52,317 bases of DNA, taken from NCBI RefSeq assembly GCF_000281045.1, contig NW_008246162.1, forward strand, positions 101,758 to 154,074, read 5' to 3'. The DNA comes from Saprolegnia diclina VS20 (lineage: Eukaryota). This document shows positions 10,384 through 23,146 of this stretch, in pieces (position 1 is the first letter of the stretch; every line of letters begins with the position of its first letter). The notes beneath the pieces are model-generated. The model had not been told where the DNA came from, made no database searches, and saw only the letters and a program-made list of their open reading frames with translations. The translations under genes and the position numbers were made by a program.

Positions 10384-11516
10384 TGCACCGTCGCCTACTT
10401 ATCTATGATCGTACCATTATTATTTCCCAACCAACACGGTCGGCCGGCGCACGTTCTTCTTGGATGTTGCACGGCGCAATCTCCGAAGAAGCGGGAACCA
10501 GGTCGCCCGACGAATCTACTTCTGATCAACTTCAACTCGGTCGCAGACGTGGTGTTCGAGGTGACACAGAATCACGCCGGCCACCGCATGTCTTTGGCGC
10601 CGCCGCCACGGGAGCGTACGACGATATGCCCGACTTTGACGTGGCTTGCACTCTGGCTCGTACACTAGTGTAAGGCAGTGGATCTGCCACAGAAGACAGA
10701 ATATTGTTGATTTGACACCCTCTCGTTCTCTACATGCCTCCAATCGAGGAAAATGCAGGAATGGTTCCCTTCGTTCTCTGTAGCGGCAACTGCGTGAATT
10801 TGGTGCCAAGAGAAAAGCCACCCAAAAACCCGAAAAACGCGCCGTGCTGTGCGTTTTTCTACGCCGTCGCGGTGCGACCGTTTATACTGCGGCGCTCGCG
10901 GTGTGGACCCTGCAGCCTTGAAGACAACGGACGCGGCTTCTTCAACGCGAACATGGACGCGCTGTATGGTGCCCAGCGCACGCGGCTACAGAAAAAGCGC
11001 ACAAATGCAATTTCGGCGGCTCTCACAACTGTCAACCTGTAGGCAGCTCCAGGAACTGAGTGCTCTCCGCCGCCCACAGCGACAATAACCGCCTCGTAAC
11101 GAGAGCCCATCGCTGCCACTCGTCTTGGCGGAGGCTACGCCGACCGTCCGATCCCTTGGATTGCGCTATGCGATGCATTACTTTCGTGCACGCGAACCTT
11201 CCTTGTACGGTACGAGCAGTCGGCTCGCGACGCCACCAAAGCCGGAGAAGAGCGTCAAGCGCGTCGAGAAATCGAAGGCTGTCACCCCCAGCACCACGGC
11301 AGGCTGCCTGATCTGCGAGCTGGCTTTCAACGACGGCCGCACGCAGCGGTCGCGGAGAAGGGTCCTGGTTCAAGGGAGACATATTAGAAAATAGCACATA
11401 TATTGAGATATTACCGGGAGATTCACGAGCCATACCGGCTGTGATTGGTGGACGCTCTGGACATCCGGATACAGGACCACTTGTATGGATCGAGGTGCGA
11501 GGGCCACCACATTGGG

Positions 11517-13099
11517 ATGAATGTCGAGTTGGTCAAGGCGGTCTGCCGCCCTTGCCGCGGGGCGGACAGCTTGGGCATCTGCGGCGGCCGATGGAGCGAG
11601 ATCGATGGCGCCGAGAAGGCCACGTGCCTGAGCTTCAACGCCTGGGGCACGTTGCTCAGCGTCGGCGAGAAGGACGGCCTCGTCTCGCTCTGGGACTACT
11701 CGACGATCCAAACCATCATTCGCGAGCTCAACCCGCGCCTCTACGCGGGGCTGCCCGACTTCAAGCAAGCCACTGTCTGTGCCTGGTCGGCCAACGGCCG
11801 AACGCTCGCTGTCGCCTGCGAACACAAGGCGTCCGGTAAGCGGAGCACGCTTCTCGTTTGGAATGTCGAAAGCTCCGCGCTCGTCGCTGCCGTCGCCCTC
11901 GAGTCCATGATCACGCACATCTCGTTCCCACCAAGGTCCGTGTCGCTAGCGCCCTCAAGCCTGCAAGACAACACCCACACGCTGCTCCTGAGCTGCTTCA
12001 ACGGCGATGTACTCGAACTTCTCATATCGCCGCGCACCGCAGGCGACGAAGCGATTCCGTCCCCGTTGCAGCTGGTACCGTTCCGACAAGACGCAGCGAG
12101 CCCACTAGAGACGCCTGCAGTCCAGTTGCGCGTGCGTCATGTAGACGTGACGGGTATGGTCGACGCGATTTGCGGCGAGTCGTCGGCGACGCCGTCTGTG
12201 CGCAACCAGATACCGATCGTCCTTGCCAAGTATGGGCCCGAGCACATCTACTGCCTCACGATGCGAGGCCTCCTCGCCAAGATCGACCCCATCTCGCTCC
12301 AGCTCGTCCACGGTGTACCGCTGCCCCAGGTGCAGCACGTCGACTTGTTTGTCGACGCAGAGACCGTGCTCGTGCCAAGCCTAAAGGGCATCCACGAGTT
12401 TGCCGCAGAGTCGCTCGAGGAAGTGTACTTGTACAACGCTGGCGCGGCCGTCAAGTCGCCGTGGATCATGTGCACCAAGTCCCACGACGGCCAGTTCGTC
12501 CTCGGGTTGCCGCTGCCCCGGGGCATCCTCGTCGGCGAAAAAGGCATGTACCTCTGGAAGCGCCACACGTCGTCGCAAATGTGGCACGAGACGCGCTTTG
12601 GGATGAACATGACGGCGATCGCGTGGCATCCGGAGAAGGAGTCGCTGACTGTCATCTCGGCCGCGGGCACCGTCAATACGCTCGAGATCGAGTACAAGTC
12701 GCCGTGGCCGGTGCGTCATTACCACCAGTGTACCTCTAAAACTCACGTCGACCTTCTGCCGGTTAGGGCGCCATGTACCCCCCGGGGTTCACGCTCATCA
12801 CCGACAATGTCATCTACGACGAGCCCGAAGACGAGTTTGACACCAACATCCAGCTCTGCACGCTCGCGCACTGCGATGCGTCCGAGGTCGTCGACGTCAT
12901 GAGTGTCGACGCGCCGCAGACGACGGCGTCGTTCCCGGACGACCTCAAGTACGTACCGGCATCGCCGCTGGCAACGGGCGAGGCACACAACATCGACGAC
13001 GACAGCCAGCGGGACGTCGGCAGTGTCTTTCGACCAATGAAGCGGGAAAACACGTCGCCGCCCAAAGCTCCGTCCAAGAAGTCCCGGAAAAGCTCCTAG
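11517..13099 (+). CDS. RBBP5: RBBP5/Swd1 WD40 subunit of the COMPASS H3K4 methyltransferase complex (intron ~12711-12766)
   Basis: Starts MNVELV. TCLSFNAWGTLLSVGEKDGLVSLWD matches the first RBBP5 WD repeat, and WPGAMYPPGF..ITDNVIYDEPEDEFD matches the RBBP5 acidic motif after the propeller. Confidence 0.85.
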
Positions 13100-13224
13100 T
13101 ACACGATCGTATCGTCGAGCGGTTTCCGCCGCGTCGTCTTCATGCGTGCACATGCTCCGTCATGACCACCATACAACCATCACTAATCTCTTTAATCAAC
13201 ATGTCTTTTTTCTTAGTCGGCAGC

Positions 13225-14658
13225 TTACGACGGTCGATGGACGGCGCCGAGGGCCGCATCCAGCCGTGCCAACACGCGATCGAGGCGGGAGGTGCCGTCC
13301 GAAGGCAAGACAATCAGCGATGGCGGTCGCACGTCAGCCTCGAGCGCTGCCAGTCGCGCTGTCCGCGCTGCGTCTCGAGCCCGCAGCACCTCGAGCTGCA
13401 TCGGCCCGTCCATCGTTACGTCCACGTGGTGCTTGCAGACGATTGCGTCTGAGAGGTGGCCTGGCTCGCCGCAGCGGCCGCACGGGAGTAAGCTCTTGCG
13501 CTGCATGGACGGCGTTAGCTTGTGCTCGACCTCGACGTTGTAGCGGTTCAGCGCCGTGAACCGCCGCAACTTGAACCAGTCGCGCTGGACGCGAAAGTAG
13601 GCGCAAACGCTCTGGAACGCCCGTGTCGACGGCGTCAAGACCGAAAAGAGCGCGTTCGTCGGCAGTACGTAGACGTGCGTGAGGACGGACGCGACGCTAT
13701 ACGTCGTGAACGTCGCGTCGTCCCCGACGCAGCTCTCGGAGAGCCCCGCAACGTCCATGGGCCGCAAGATCTGCAACTCGACGCGGCGCGTTGCCACGTG
13801 GCGGTCTTCGGATTGAACAAGGACGACGTCGTCGATCGTGTACACGCGGAGCTCGCCGCTGGCGACAAGGTAGATGCCGGTCGGCTGCCCGGCCGTGAAG
13901 AGGTACTCGCCCCGGGGCACGGCCAGGAGCGGCGGCACGTGTCCAGCAATAAACTCGAGCGCCGGTGTCGCCAATCCTGCAAAGAGGAACGTCGCTTGAA
14001 GGCTGCGCAACACGTTCACGTCGTACGGGAACGGCGGCGACGTCGGAACAAGCGACGCAACCAGCGCTTCGTCCGCTGGCGTCGCCGGCGTTAGCGCAAA
14101 GAGTAGCGCGGGCGTGTTGGTCGGGAGCCCGATTGCGCTACGCTCAATGTGGCCGTTGGACGCGACCGTGACGTAGTGATACTCAAAGTTGTAGTAGAGC
14201 GCGTCGAGGCCAAAGCTCTGGCCAGGCGTGAGCGTGCGCCAGGACCGCGCCGGCATCTGCCGCTTGCGCCGGCTGTGACCAAACCGGTGCGGCCGCACGT
14301 ACTCGGTACACGAGCCCGTCGCGACGACAAAGAGACTTCCCGCAGGTGTCACATCCTGCGTCACGATCGCCGCGCCTGCCGCGTGCGTCTGCATCGTCAT
14401 CATCGCGACAAGGGCCGTGATGTCAACGCTGCCTCGCACGGCCCACGAGGTCAGCGTCGCGTGCACGACAGGATGCGTCTCGAGGAGCCAGCGCGCAAGA
14501 TCGTCGTTCTGCTTGAGACTGCGGCCGGTCGCTGCCGCCAGTAGCTTGGTGTAGTACGACGGTGCACGAAGGCTTTCGTCCGAGGCGCTCGGACCCGCGT
14601 AGATCGAGTCCCGGCGCGGCGACGGCCGCGTTGGCGGTGGCATCGGCCGCCGGCGCAT
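13225..14658 (-). CDS. Protein with two cyclic nucleotide-binding-like domains and a C-terminal CCHC zinc knuckle
   Basis: SLFVVATGSC..LTPGQSFG and RGEYLFTAGQP.GIYLVASGELRV..LRPMDVAG are cNMP-fold motifs. CGRCGEPGHLSDAIVC is C-x2-C-x4-H-x6-C. The start may instead be 14643. Confidence 0.75.
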   Translation of the reverse strand: MRRRPMPPPTRPSPRRDSIYAGPSASDESLRAPSYYTKLLAAATGRSLKQNDDLARWLLETHPVVHATLTSWAVRGSVDITALVAMMTMQTHAAGAAIVTQDVTPAGSLFVVATGSCTEYVRPHRFGHSRRKRQMPARSWRTLTPGQSFGLDALYYNFEYHYVTVASNGHIERSAIGLPTNTPALLFALTPATPADEALVASLVPTSPPFPYDVNVLRSLQATFLFAGLATPALEFIAGHVPPLLAVPRGEYLFTAGQPTGIYLVASGELRVYTIDDVVLVQSEDRHVATRRVELQILRPMDVAGLSESCVGDDATFTTYSVASVLTHVYVLPTNALFSVLTPSTRAFQSVCAYFRVQRDWFKLRRFTALNRYNVEVEHKLTPSMQRKSLLPCGRCGEPGHLSDAIVCKHHVDVTMDGPMQLEVLRARDAARTARLAALEADVRPPSLIVLPSDGTSRLDRVLARLDAALGAVHRPS

Positions 14659-14749
14659 CGGTTACAGCGGGCGTTGTAGCAACGTGCGGTATACTGGAAC
14701 GCAAGCAATGCAGAAACAACAATGTATACTCGACTCGCAAATGTCCTGA

Positions 14750-17700
14750 CTACGCTGACGGCGGCGCGTCCAGGGCTTTTAGAAGCGCTGAAAGACGCTG
14801 CTTGGACGCATCGGTAGCATCGAGACGGCCCGAGCGCATGACCTTAACGTGCGTTTGCTGGACGAGGGCGTCGCGGGTGTTGGCATAATACGTCTTGAGG
14901 TCGCCTAGAGTGCACGTCGAAATTACGCTACGATTGCCATCGGATCGTCGAGCACCGTGCAACACGTCGTAGTGCTTTTGGACGCCCAGGAGGATCTTGA
15001 TGAGGCGCTCGAGCGCTGTCGGCTGCGTCGCGTCGACGCATGCAAGGAGGTGGTTGACAAGGTCCAAGGCAACGTCGCACTGTACATCCACTTGGGACTT
15101 GAGCTCCGTCAACGCCCGAAGCACGCCCTACAGTCCCATCGCAATGACGCCGACAAGACGACCAGTTTCCTACGTCAATGATTGTGGTGGCGACCGTGTC
15201 GAGCTCGAGGCGGGCCGCCGTGTCGCCGCCAAACAAGACGTCGTTGCCCTCAACTACGCATCGCTGAACATAAGCCGAATGGAAGGAGCCTTCTTGCATG
15301 TACCCAATCCGATCTTGTACGGTGCCGTCTCTTGGGCGCAGGCCGACAGAAACGGAAGCAGCTGGATCTGCATGCGGAGACCGTTGACATCCTTTGCGTG
15401 CCACGCAAACTTAGAGAGGGCATTTGCAAAGCCGTGGTAAAAGTACAATGGCGCCTCTGCTGAAAGCGACGGCACGACGACAAGCAGCGAGAGAAGATCT
15501 CGCATCGCCGCACAGACCAGCGACTCGTACAGGGCTGCGGACACGGGGCCGTCGCTGTCTCGGAGCGCGGCTTCTTGGGCGGCGACCTCTGCAGACGGCA
15601 CTTCAGTCATGAGCACGATGCTGGCCTTGACGAAGGCGTCCATTTGCGGTAGACAGTGGCATAGCAATGCGACCTGAGATTGTATCTGTGTAGCAACAAG
15701 TGGATCCCTGCGTAAAAATCGTTACCTTGGCGCAGGCTGTCATCAACGACAGCTTTTCCAGTGGATCTGGCAGCGACGGTATCGTAATGTGGCAGTATGC
15801 GAGGCAACCCTTGACAAAGTTGCGTGTCGACGTCATATGAATCTACACGTCCATAGTTGACGACTTTTCCCGGCAAAGCAAGAGGAGGTACCCGTGGGTA
15901 GGCACGCACGGCAAGTACCAGGACGCGTCGGATGAGACAGGCTTTCACCTTGTCGAGTTTGTAAAAAGCACTGCGGCAATCCACGAGTAGCTGCAATAGC
16001 GCATCCTCGCCGTCGCGCGTCAAGGGCGCATCGAGCGCCAGCACAAAGTTGCAGAGCAGAGCGGCTGCTTCGGCGAGCTCGGACTTGGCGCTGAGACTGT
16101 CGAGGGCATCGTGGATGCGCAAGCTCAGGCTAAAGAGGATCTGGACGAGCGCAGCGTGCGGGCCGTGCACGTTGAGGGTGACCTTGGACTTGCGCAAGAA
16201 GGTTTCAAGGAGCCGCTTGCTGAGCGAGACGTTGGTCGTGTGGCGAAACATACCCAGCAGCGTCTACATTCCGTGATGCGTAAGAGAACCGTCGATGGGT
16301 GCCATTGGCGGTTTACGAGAAACTCGGAGGACGTGATGATCGTGCTGAAGTAGTAGAGCTGGCGGCGCGCCTCGAGGATGATGGTCGTCATGGTCGCTTG
16401 CAGCATCTGGTACATCTTGGCGTCCATGGTCTCGGCCGTATTGAGATGGCGCACGATGTCCTTGAGGAGAATGACGACCTCTCGGCTCTGCGCGCACACT
16501 CGTTATTTCCTGCACCACGGACAAAGACAGACGCACCGAGTAGTGGGCAACAAGAAGTTGCATAAAGCCCGTGGCGCACGTCAAGTACGCATGGATGTCG
16601 CTCAGTTGCGTAATGGTGCCCCACACCTCGTTGAGAAACGTGAGTTTATCCGCGTCGGGCGGCGACGCGTGCACGAGCTGTGTGCACAGACAGCGGTACA
16701 AGTCGACCTAGAGCAACCATCCAGATGCATGGACAATGACGGTATGTTCCCAAACCTTGGGGCCGGTTGTTTGCTTGATGAGGTACACAATGTCCATGGT
16801 GTGTTTGGCCAGAGCGGTCGGGGGAAATGTCTTGATGACGTGCGAAAGTACCATTCCGTTCTCTGGGTATTGCTTGTACTGCGACAGAAGCGCCTCTGCT
16901 TCGTTCTACCTCGGTTTTAGTAGGAACTTGTGTAGGAAAGGAAGCCTACCCCAGATGCGTGCAGTGCAATGCCTTTTGCCAGCCACTCGACGGCCGGTGA
17001 GTGCATCGCACGCATCTCGCTTTCCGTAATCTCGTGCTCGGCGTAGAACGTTGGCGCCTGTCTCAGCATGTTGTTTGGTATCAATGAATGGAAGAAACGC
17101 TACCGCATCGAGCGAGAAGCGATGCATGATGTACATGTAGTCTTGCATGCTGCTGAGCAGCGCTGGGTTGGGGGTCGACGGTGGCAAGACGCGCGAGCTG
17201 GCCAGCGCGAGGTACGCTCGGCAGTACAAACCGATCGTAGGATCCCCAATCCCACTGTGAACAAGGGACGCATGAAAATTCCATTCGAAAAGAAACAAAT
17301 ACGTACCGGATCATGTTGGAGAGGCGGGATACGATCTGGGGGTACTCTCCGTCGCAGAGGAACCGGTAGCAGCGCAACAAGGCGATTTCCGTGTAGCTAA
17401 AGCCGTATAAGATACCTCGATTTTGGCTGCTGGTTGTACATGCGGGGGAGGAGCTCGCGGATGCAAGACGTCTTGTAGAACCAGTTGCGACACGTCTCTT
17501 TCGCCTCGATGCAAATGTCGTTGCTCGTAAAGTTGGCTACAAACATGCCACTTGGTCCATCACGAATGGCGAGCCAGAGGCAACGTACACGCAAGCGGCT
17601 TCTCTAGCGTTTCCTCCGCTTTTGCCAAAATGCGGTTGTAGACGTGCGACCCAAAGCAGTCGAGGACATCGCTCACGAGCACAAACATGCATGGGTACAG

Positions 17701-18509
17701 CTTCGGGAAGCTCACGTCGCCAAGAAGTTTGAAGCACTACATGCCCACAGGCATTCAAATGCAGTGACACCCACCGAGCTTCGTCGATCTCGTACCTTGA
17801 TGGCAATCCGCAAGGCAAGCACCTTCTGGTCGTCGAGCCACGCAGCGACAAAATCGGTCTGGAGCGTCTTGACGCGGTCAATGTACTCGGTCTTAGACAC
17901 TTCGACGGTCGACGATGCGCCCTCGGGCTCTTTCTTGTTCTCGAGCTGCTCCAAGCGAGCGCGCGCCTTCCGGATCGCGCTGCTGTCAGTTTGCGGATCG
18001 TCGTCCGAGTAGACAAACTGGCGACTCGCACTGTCGTCGACGAAGGCTTGGTCGTTCGCATGCAGCTTGACCTTGAATGTCTCCGACGCAAAGTCCTGGA
18101 AGATACCATCCTTCGCCATGATCCATTCGTCAAGATAGTCGTTCCTCTCGTCCTTGACCTCGGGTACCGCCGATGATGGCGCTACGAGCGTTCGCTTGCT
18201 CGGCGCTTTGGGTGCATCCGCCACCGAGACCGACGACCCCATCATCGCAGAGAGTGGGTCAAGCTCACCGTCCTGAAGCATAATGACCCCAGCGCTCGCC
18301 GATGGCTCGGCCGGTGGGTCGGGCCGCGGCTGCACTGTCTTGATCTCGGGCTGGATCTCGGGCTTGTTGCGGCTACTTACATGGACGCACAAGGGGTCGT
18401 CGGCCGGGTTCACGGGCTGAAGCGTTGGTTCGTTCACTGCATGCTCCACGGAGAGCGTCGTCTTCTTCGGCCCGAGGGTCCATCCCCCGTCGCTTCCTTC
18501 GACGCCCAT
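14750..18509 (-). CDS. VPS35L: VPS35-like subunit of the Retriever complex (C16orf62/UPF0505), multi-exon
   Basis: EAKETCRNWFYKTSCIRELLPRMY, RLSNMIR/GIGDP..GLYCRAYL, FVKGCLAYCHITIPSL and LCHCLPQMDA are VPS35L hallmarks. The exons are spread over many ORF fragments and the start is uncertain. Confidence 0.9.
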
Positions 18510-18657
18510 TGCTTCTCTTCGTTCAAAAGATATCGGTCAGTTGGAAAAGGTTTGGATTTTAGCCAATTGAATGTACGTACGTTGCCAACACAACCTTTGA
18601 TTGGATAAAATATGGAGATGTCCCTTTGCCTGCGTCAGATTTCCATCAGTGGCCGCC
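18510..18657. promoter_or_regulatory. Compact bidirectional promoter (VPS35L/NAA20) with CCAAT boxes
   Basis: 148 bp between divergent ATGs, with AGCCAATT at 18561 and TGATTGG at about 18598. Confidence 0.55.
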
Positions 18658-19392
18658 ATGACGTCGACGCGCAAGTTCCGCTGCGAGGACTTGTTCCGGT
18701 TCAACAACGTCAACCTCGATGTGCTGACGGAGACGGTATGGCTACGTGGAAGCCCAATACCTCATGCGACGCTTCCTGCGTAGTACAACATGTCCTTCTA
18801 CCTGCAGTACCTCACCAAGTGGCCCGACTACTTTCTCGTGCAGGAGGACCCGAACAAGACCATGATGGGCTACAGTACGTGCAGACGATTGATGCATGTC
18901 GCCTGATCTCAACCACGCCACTGGCTAGTCATGGGCAAGGCGGAAGGCAAGGCGGAGAATTGGCACGGCCATGTCACGGCGGTGACGGTCGCGCCCGAGT
19001 TTCGTCGACTTGGCCTCGCCAAGAACCTCATGGACTACCTTGAGAACGTCTCTATTGAGCTGTGCGATGAGAACGATGCGATTCTCGCGATGGCTCATGC
19101 CCCGCTGTAGGTACGACGGGTACTTTGTCGACCTCTTCGTCCGCGTCTCCAATACGCTCGCGATCGGCATGTACGAGAAGTTTGGGTATTCTGTCTACCG
19201 ACGAGTCATTGGATACTATTCTGGAGACGGCGACATGGAGGACGCCTTCGGTACGCATCTGATGACGTTGTTGCCAGAGCTCATGCAACGGTGGTGGCTG
19301 TAGACATGCGCAAAGCGCTGCCGCGGGACAAGGAAAAGAAGTCGATCATCCCGCTGCCCCATCCGGTATACCCCGACAGCTTGATGGACTAA
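18658..19392 (+). CDS. NAA20: N-alpha-acetyltransferase 20 (NatB catalytic subunit), 5 exons
   Basis: MTSTRKFRCEDLFRFNNVNLDVLTET/YNMSFYLQYL..WP, GKAEG..WHGHVTAVTVAPEFRRLGLA, FVDLFVRVSN..AIGMYEKFGY and DMRKALPRD. Confidence 0.96.
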
Positions 19393-19422
19393 GCCACGTA
19401 CTACAATACATGGAACGTGTAT

Positions 19423-20022
19423 TCAACCTCGTCTTAGACACACTCGACTTGGCGCAGCGCGGCGATTGTGGCTGGTGTTGCGTCTTTGGCTGCGTTTCTT
19501 GGCTCGCTGTACGACGGCAGCAACTTGCTTGTTCTTGTCATCTCGGTGCTCATGGCTTTGCCGCTTCTTGGGGTCACGTACTTGGCAGCGCGGTACTTGC
19601 TCGCCGACGATATAGCGTAAGCATGACTGCATGGACGTCGATGCGCGTTTGCTCCTTCTGGAAGTGTCGATGCCCTTCTTTCTTGTTCGCAAAACGAGGG
19701 TTGCAGGCGCTAGCGCTTTGTCTTTGGGGTTTTGCACGTCCTTCAGGCCTTGCACGTCCTTCGCGTTTTGGGTTCCTGCGAATACCTTCGGGATGATGTG
19801 AGCATGCAAGCTACAGATGCAAGCAGACGCATTGCATTGGCTTGTCGAGACTCGGTGCGGTCGCTGTGACTGTGTCCAGCCTAGGATGGGCCCGTCATTC
19901 ATGCGGTCCTTGTGTACTGTACCATGGGTCTTCTCGCACTCGTCGTCGTCGCATGGTAGTGATCCGGTGGCGTCGCGATGAGTCTTCGTCGTGATGCGGC
20001 GGCGGGTCCTGGGCGGGCACAT
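19423..20022 (-). CDS. Possible hypothetical basic/low-complexity protein
   Basis: An open frame of ~200 codons from MCPPRTRR with no recognisable domain and weak codon bias. Confidence 0.25.
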   Translation of the reverse strand: MCPPRTRRRITTKTHRDATGSLPCDDDECEKTHGTVHKDRMNDGPILGWTQSQRPHRVSTSQCNASACICSLHAHIIPKVFAGTQNAKDVQGLKDVQNPKDKALAPATLVLRTRKKGIDTSRRSKRASTSMQSCLRYIVGEQVPRCQVRDPKKRQSHEHRDDKNKQVAAVVQRAKKRSQRRNTSHNRRAAPSRVCLRRG

Positions 20023-21197
20023 GAGGACAGTGGGGGGTGCATAGCAGACAAGAAAAGAAAAGCGTGACCCCCTTTCGGAGGAAAGGCTTTTCTTTCCTTG
20101 TCTGCTTGGCTCGTGTCGGCGCACACGCAAGAGGTGAAGAAGTGGCGCGCCCGCCCAGGATATCTTGGTTCGACATCGGATACAGTGTACTACGTACAAG
20201 AAGGGCCAAGCTGTCGTTGCTGCGCGTGTTGGATTTCCAAGTGACGGTCGAGCTCAGCCGCAAGAGTGGCGTTATTCGAATTCGAAGGGATTGTAATATA
20301 ATTCAAATTCGAACGAGCCAGTGAGGACGGGCGACGGGTTGGCGAGGAAGTTGAAGCACGCCGCTCCCAGGTGTGTGCTCCCGGCCGCCATTCATTCCGA
20401 TTTCGAGGCTTTGGCGTGTCCATTGACACGCAAAATGGCGTGCCGTACGATGTAGTGGACGCTCTCTCGTACTGTGTAGTGACGGTGTCATGCACCATGT
20501 ACGAACTGCCCAACACCGATGGACAGCGCGCGAAAAGTGCAATCTCGGCCGCGACTGCGTGCATATACCAGCCGCGCCCTCGTGTCGCGTACTGTGCGCG
20601 ATGCCCTATTCACCACGAATCCAAGCCGGCCTCGTGATCGTGCAACGGACCACGGATAACTAACACCAAGTGCGACGTCCAATACCACAGATGGGCGCGG
20701 GCGCTCTTGTCGGAGCAAAAAGTATCTTTTTTGGGTCTGCGAGAACCTTCCGCATCGGGAAGAGTCAAGTCTCCCCCCTTCCTTCTCCATGGCGCCGGTC
20801 GTACAGTACAGAGTACACTGTACTGTTGCCGTCGACAGTTAAATCCATTGCCGTGCTGGCTTTTCGTCGCATCTTGCGTCCATCGAGCGCTCGATGCGAC
20901 CGAAGAAGCCATATCGACGAGGGACGCCGGTTACGCGGGGGTTACAGGGCGGCGTAGAGGCAAGCGCGCCCGTCCAAACAGCCGCGCGTCGGACTCGCGT
21001 CGGCTTTCAATTATTCAGCGTTGTCGCACGGCGCGACTTCACGTTTTATTATGTTTTATTGCGTTTGATTGGCGCTCGACGTCCGGGATTGGCCAAAAAG
21101 CGATGGCTTTATGGGCGATATCTGCGAAATTTTATATTATTACGTCCTCTCTTCCAGCACAAGAAGGCGGAAGAGAAAGCCGACGACGACGACCTCG

Positions 21198-21879
21198 ATG
21201 AGTGGCATCAAGAAGAGCTTGTACGAGCCGATCCGCGACTCGCAGCGGTCCAGCGCCCGGAGCCAGTACATGCCACCTCATCTGGCGCCGACAGCCGCGG
21301 CCCCGAGCCGTATCCCGCCCTACGACGTCGAGGCTGGCAAGTTTGCGATCCTCGAGCGCCACAAGATGATCTGGTCCTCGTTGGACGCGCGGGCGCGCAA
21401 GATCCAGATTCTCGCCGTGCTTCAGATCCTCCTCAACCTCCTCGTCTGCCTCGACGGCTCGTGGTACACGCAGGTCTTTGGTGTCGCAATCGGCTGCATC
21501 GGGCTCATGGCTGTCCGCGGCGACAAGGTCGACGTGCTCATGGTCTACCTCTTCCTCTGCGTCTTCGAGTTCGTCAAGAACGTCGGGTACCTCCAAGACG
21601 CCTTTGTGCACCTCGGGGACCCCGCCGAGCCCGCACCGAGCCTTGCAGCGCGCAACATGACGGACGTCATCGTCGCGCCATCGACGCCCGCGCCGTGGTT
21701 CGCCTTTGGCCTGACCCACAAGTACCTCATCTTCCAAATTTGCCTCGTGTGCATTGAAGAGTTTGTTCTCATTGTACGTTCCTTGTACCCATGGCTCACC
21801 TCGCCTCATGCGTCCTACGTAGCCGTGCGTCATCCTCATGGGCTACTCGTCGGTCCAGGCCGTCCTGCGGAATTACTAG
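21198..21879 (+). CDS. Hypothetical multi-pass membrane protein (~4 TM), 2 exons
   Basis: Strong GC3 bias and hydrophobic helices (ILAVLQILLNLLVCL, VFGVAIGCIGLMAV, VLMVYLFLCVF, YLIFQICLVCI). An intron at about 21774-21822 gives the C-terminus PCVILMGYSSVQAVLRNY*. Confidence 0.75.
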
Positions 21880-21956
21880 CGCGATCGCTCCGGTTGGCAT
21901 GGCACGTCCCACGCAAGCGCAATGTATGATATTTAAGAAACGCGCGACATTTTCGC

Positions 21957-22877
21957 CTAAAGCAGCGTCATGGTACCGTCTTGGACGAACGACTGGATCG
22001 CGCGGTAGCGAAGCGCGTGGCGGTTGTGCTGGCGTACTTGAATGTGCTCGGCGCCGCTACCGAACGACGTTATATCACTGTGGACGCAAAGGCGGCGGAA
22101 GCACGCACCGGTCATCGCACTGGACCTGGCCCAAATCCTCCTTGCTCTCGCAAAACACAAATGTGTCCAGATCTGGCGCGTCAACTAGAGTACGAAGATG
22201 ATCGCACCGCGTACTGTCTGGACGACAACGAACTCATCTCGTCGGCGTCCAATTTGCGCTGCTCGGCGGGAAACTTGGAGAGCACGAGGTCATGGAAATG
22301 ACCATCCAGCATCTCCAAGTATCTACAGAAAGCATTTGTAAACCAGCATGGATAGGTAACCTCATGCGTACTTGGTGGCGTATTCAATTTCAGCGCTCGA
22401 GAGACGGTCCATGGACGAAGCCAAGACGTGGCGCGTGTGCTGTTCGATCTTGGACAGGCGAATGCGCAAGTAGGACGCGATCATGTACTTGATGCGATCG
22501 ATCTCCATCTATGGCACATGCTGTGGGAGCATTCTTGAGATGGCTTGTACCTGGTAGAGTTTGTTGGAGAACGCGCGCTCCTCGGTCATGTTGGCCTGGT
22601 CGCGCGCAATCTCTTCCACGTACTCTTGCTACATCTTGCTCATCAGCATGCGATGACAGTCGCACGATTCGCACCTGGTTTTGCACCTGCTCGACCATGT
22701 CCGAGAGCAACTCAACCTTGAAGTCGAGGATCTCAGGGGCATTCTAAGAGCGCTGCTTAGCCCTGTAATGTGAATATTACATGTCCCTACGAGCTCGTTG
22801 ACCCATGCTTCCTGGAGCTTGTCTACATCTTCGTTGAGGCTCTCCTCTGGGATCTCGCCGGCAAGTCGGGCTGCCAT
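21957..22877 (-). CDS. SLD5: GINS complex subunit Sld5 (GINS4), multi-exon
   Basis: LQEAWVNE/NAPEIL, DRIKYMIASYLRIRLSKIE and PDLDTFVFC motifs. Confidence 0.92.
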
Positions 22878-23146
22878 CACCGCTCGAATTGGTGTCCGCT
22901 GGCGTCGCCCAATCAGTGCCGTGGATTCGTTTGTATCCGGAAAATAAAATACATCCAATGGCATCGCCGTATTTCGGCATTTTGTAGCGAATGAAAACGC
23001 ACACGTGTCTATGTATCCGGCGCATCTATTTCAGCCAATCCGAAGTGAGACCTGATAAGAGTGAACATATCCCCTCTCTTGTATGAACGCCAAGAGAACC
23101 ACCCAAACGTTCGTGTTGCTTCGGCCCATTTTGGTGTTGCAGGAAG
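22878..23146. promoter_or_regulatory. Bidirectional promoter (SLD5/PHB2) with CCAAT boxes
   Basis: CCAATCAG at about 22909, CCAATGG at about 22954 and CAGCCAATC at about 23032, between divergent ATGs. Confidence 0.5.

Noticed and set aside
10400..11440. Short ORFs 10734-11042 and 11125-11394 as genes
   Set aside because: No recognisable domain, weak codon bias and no convincing splice model.
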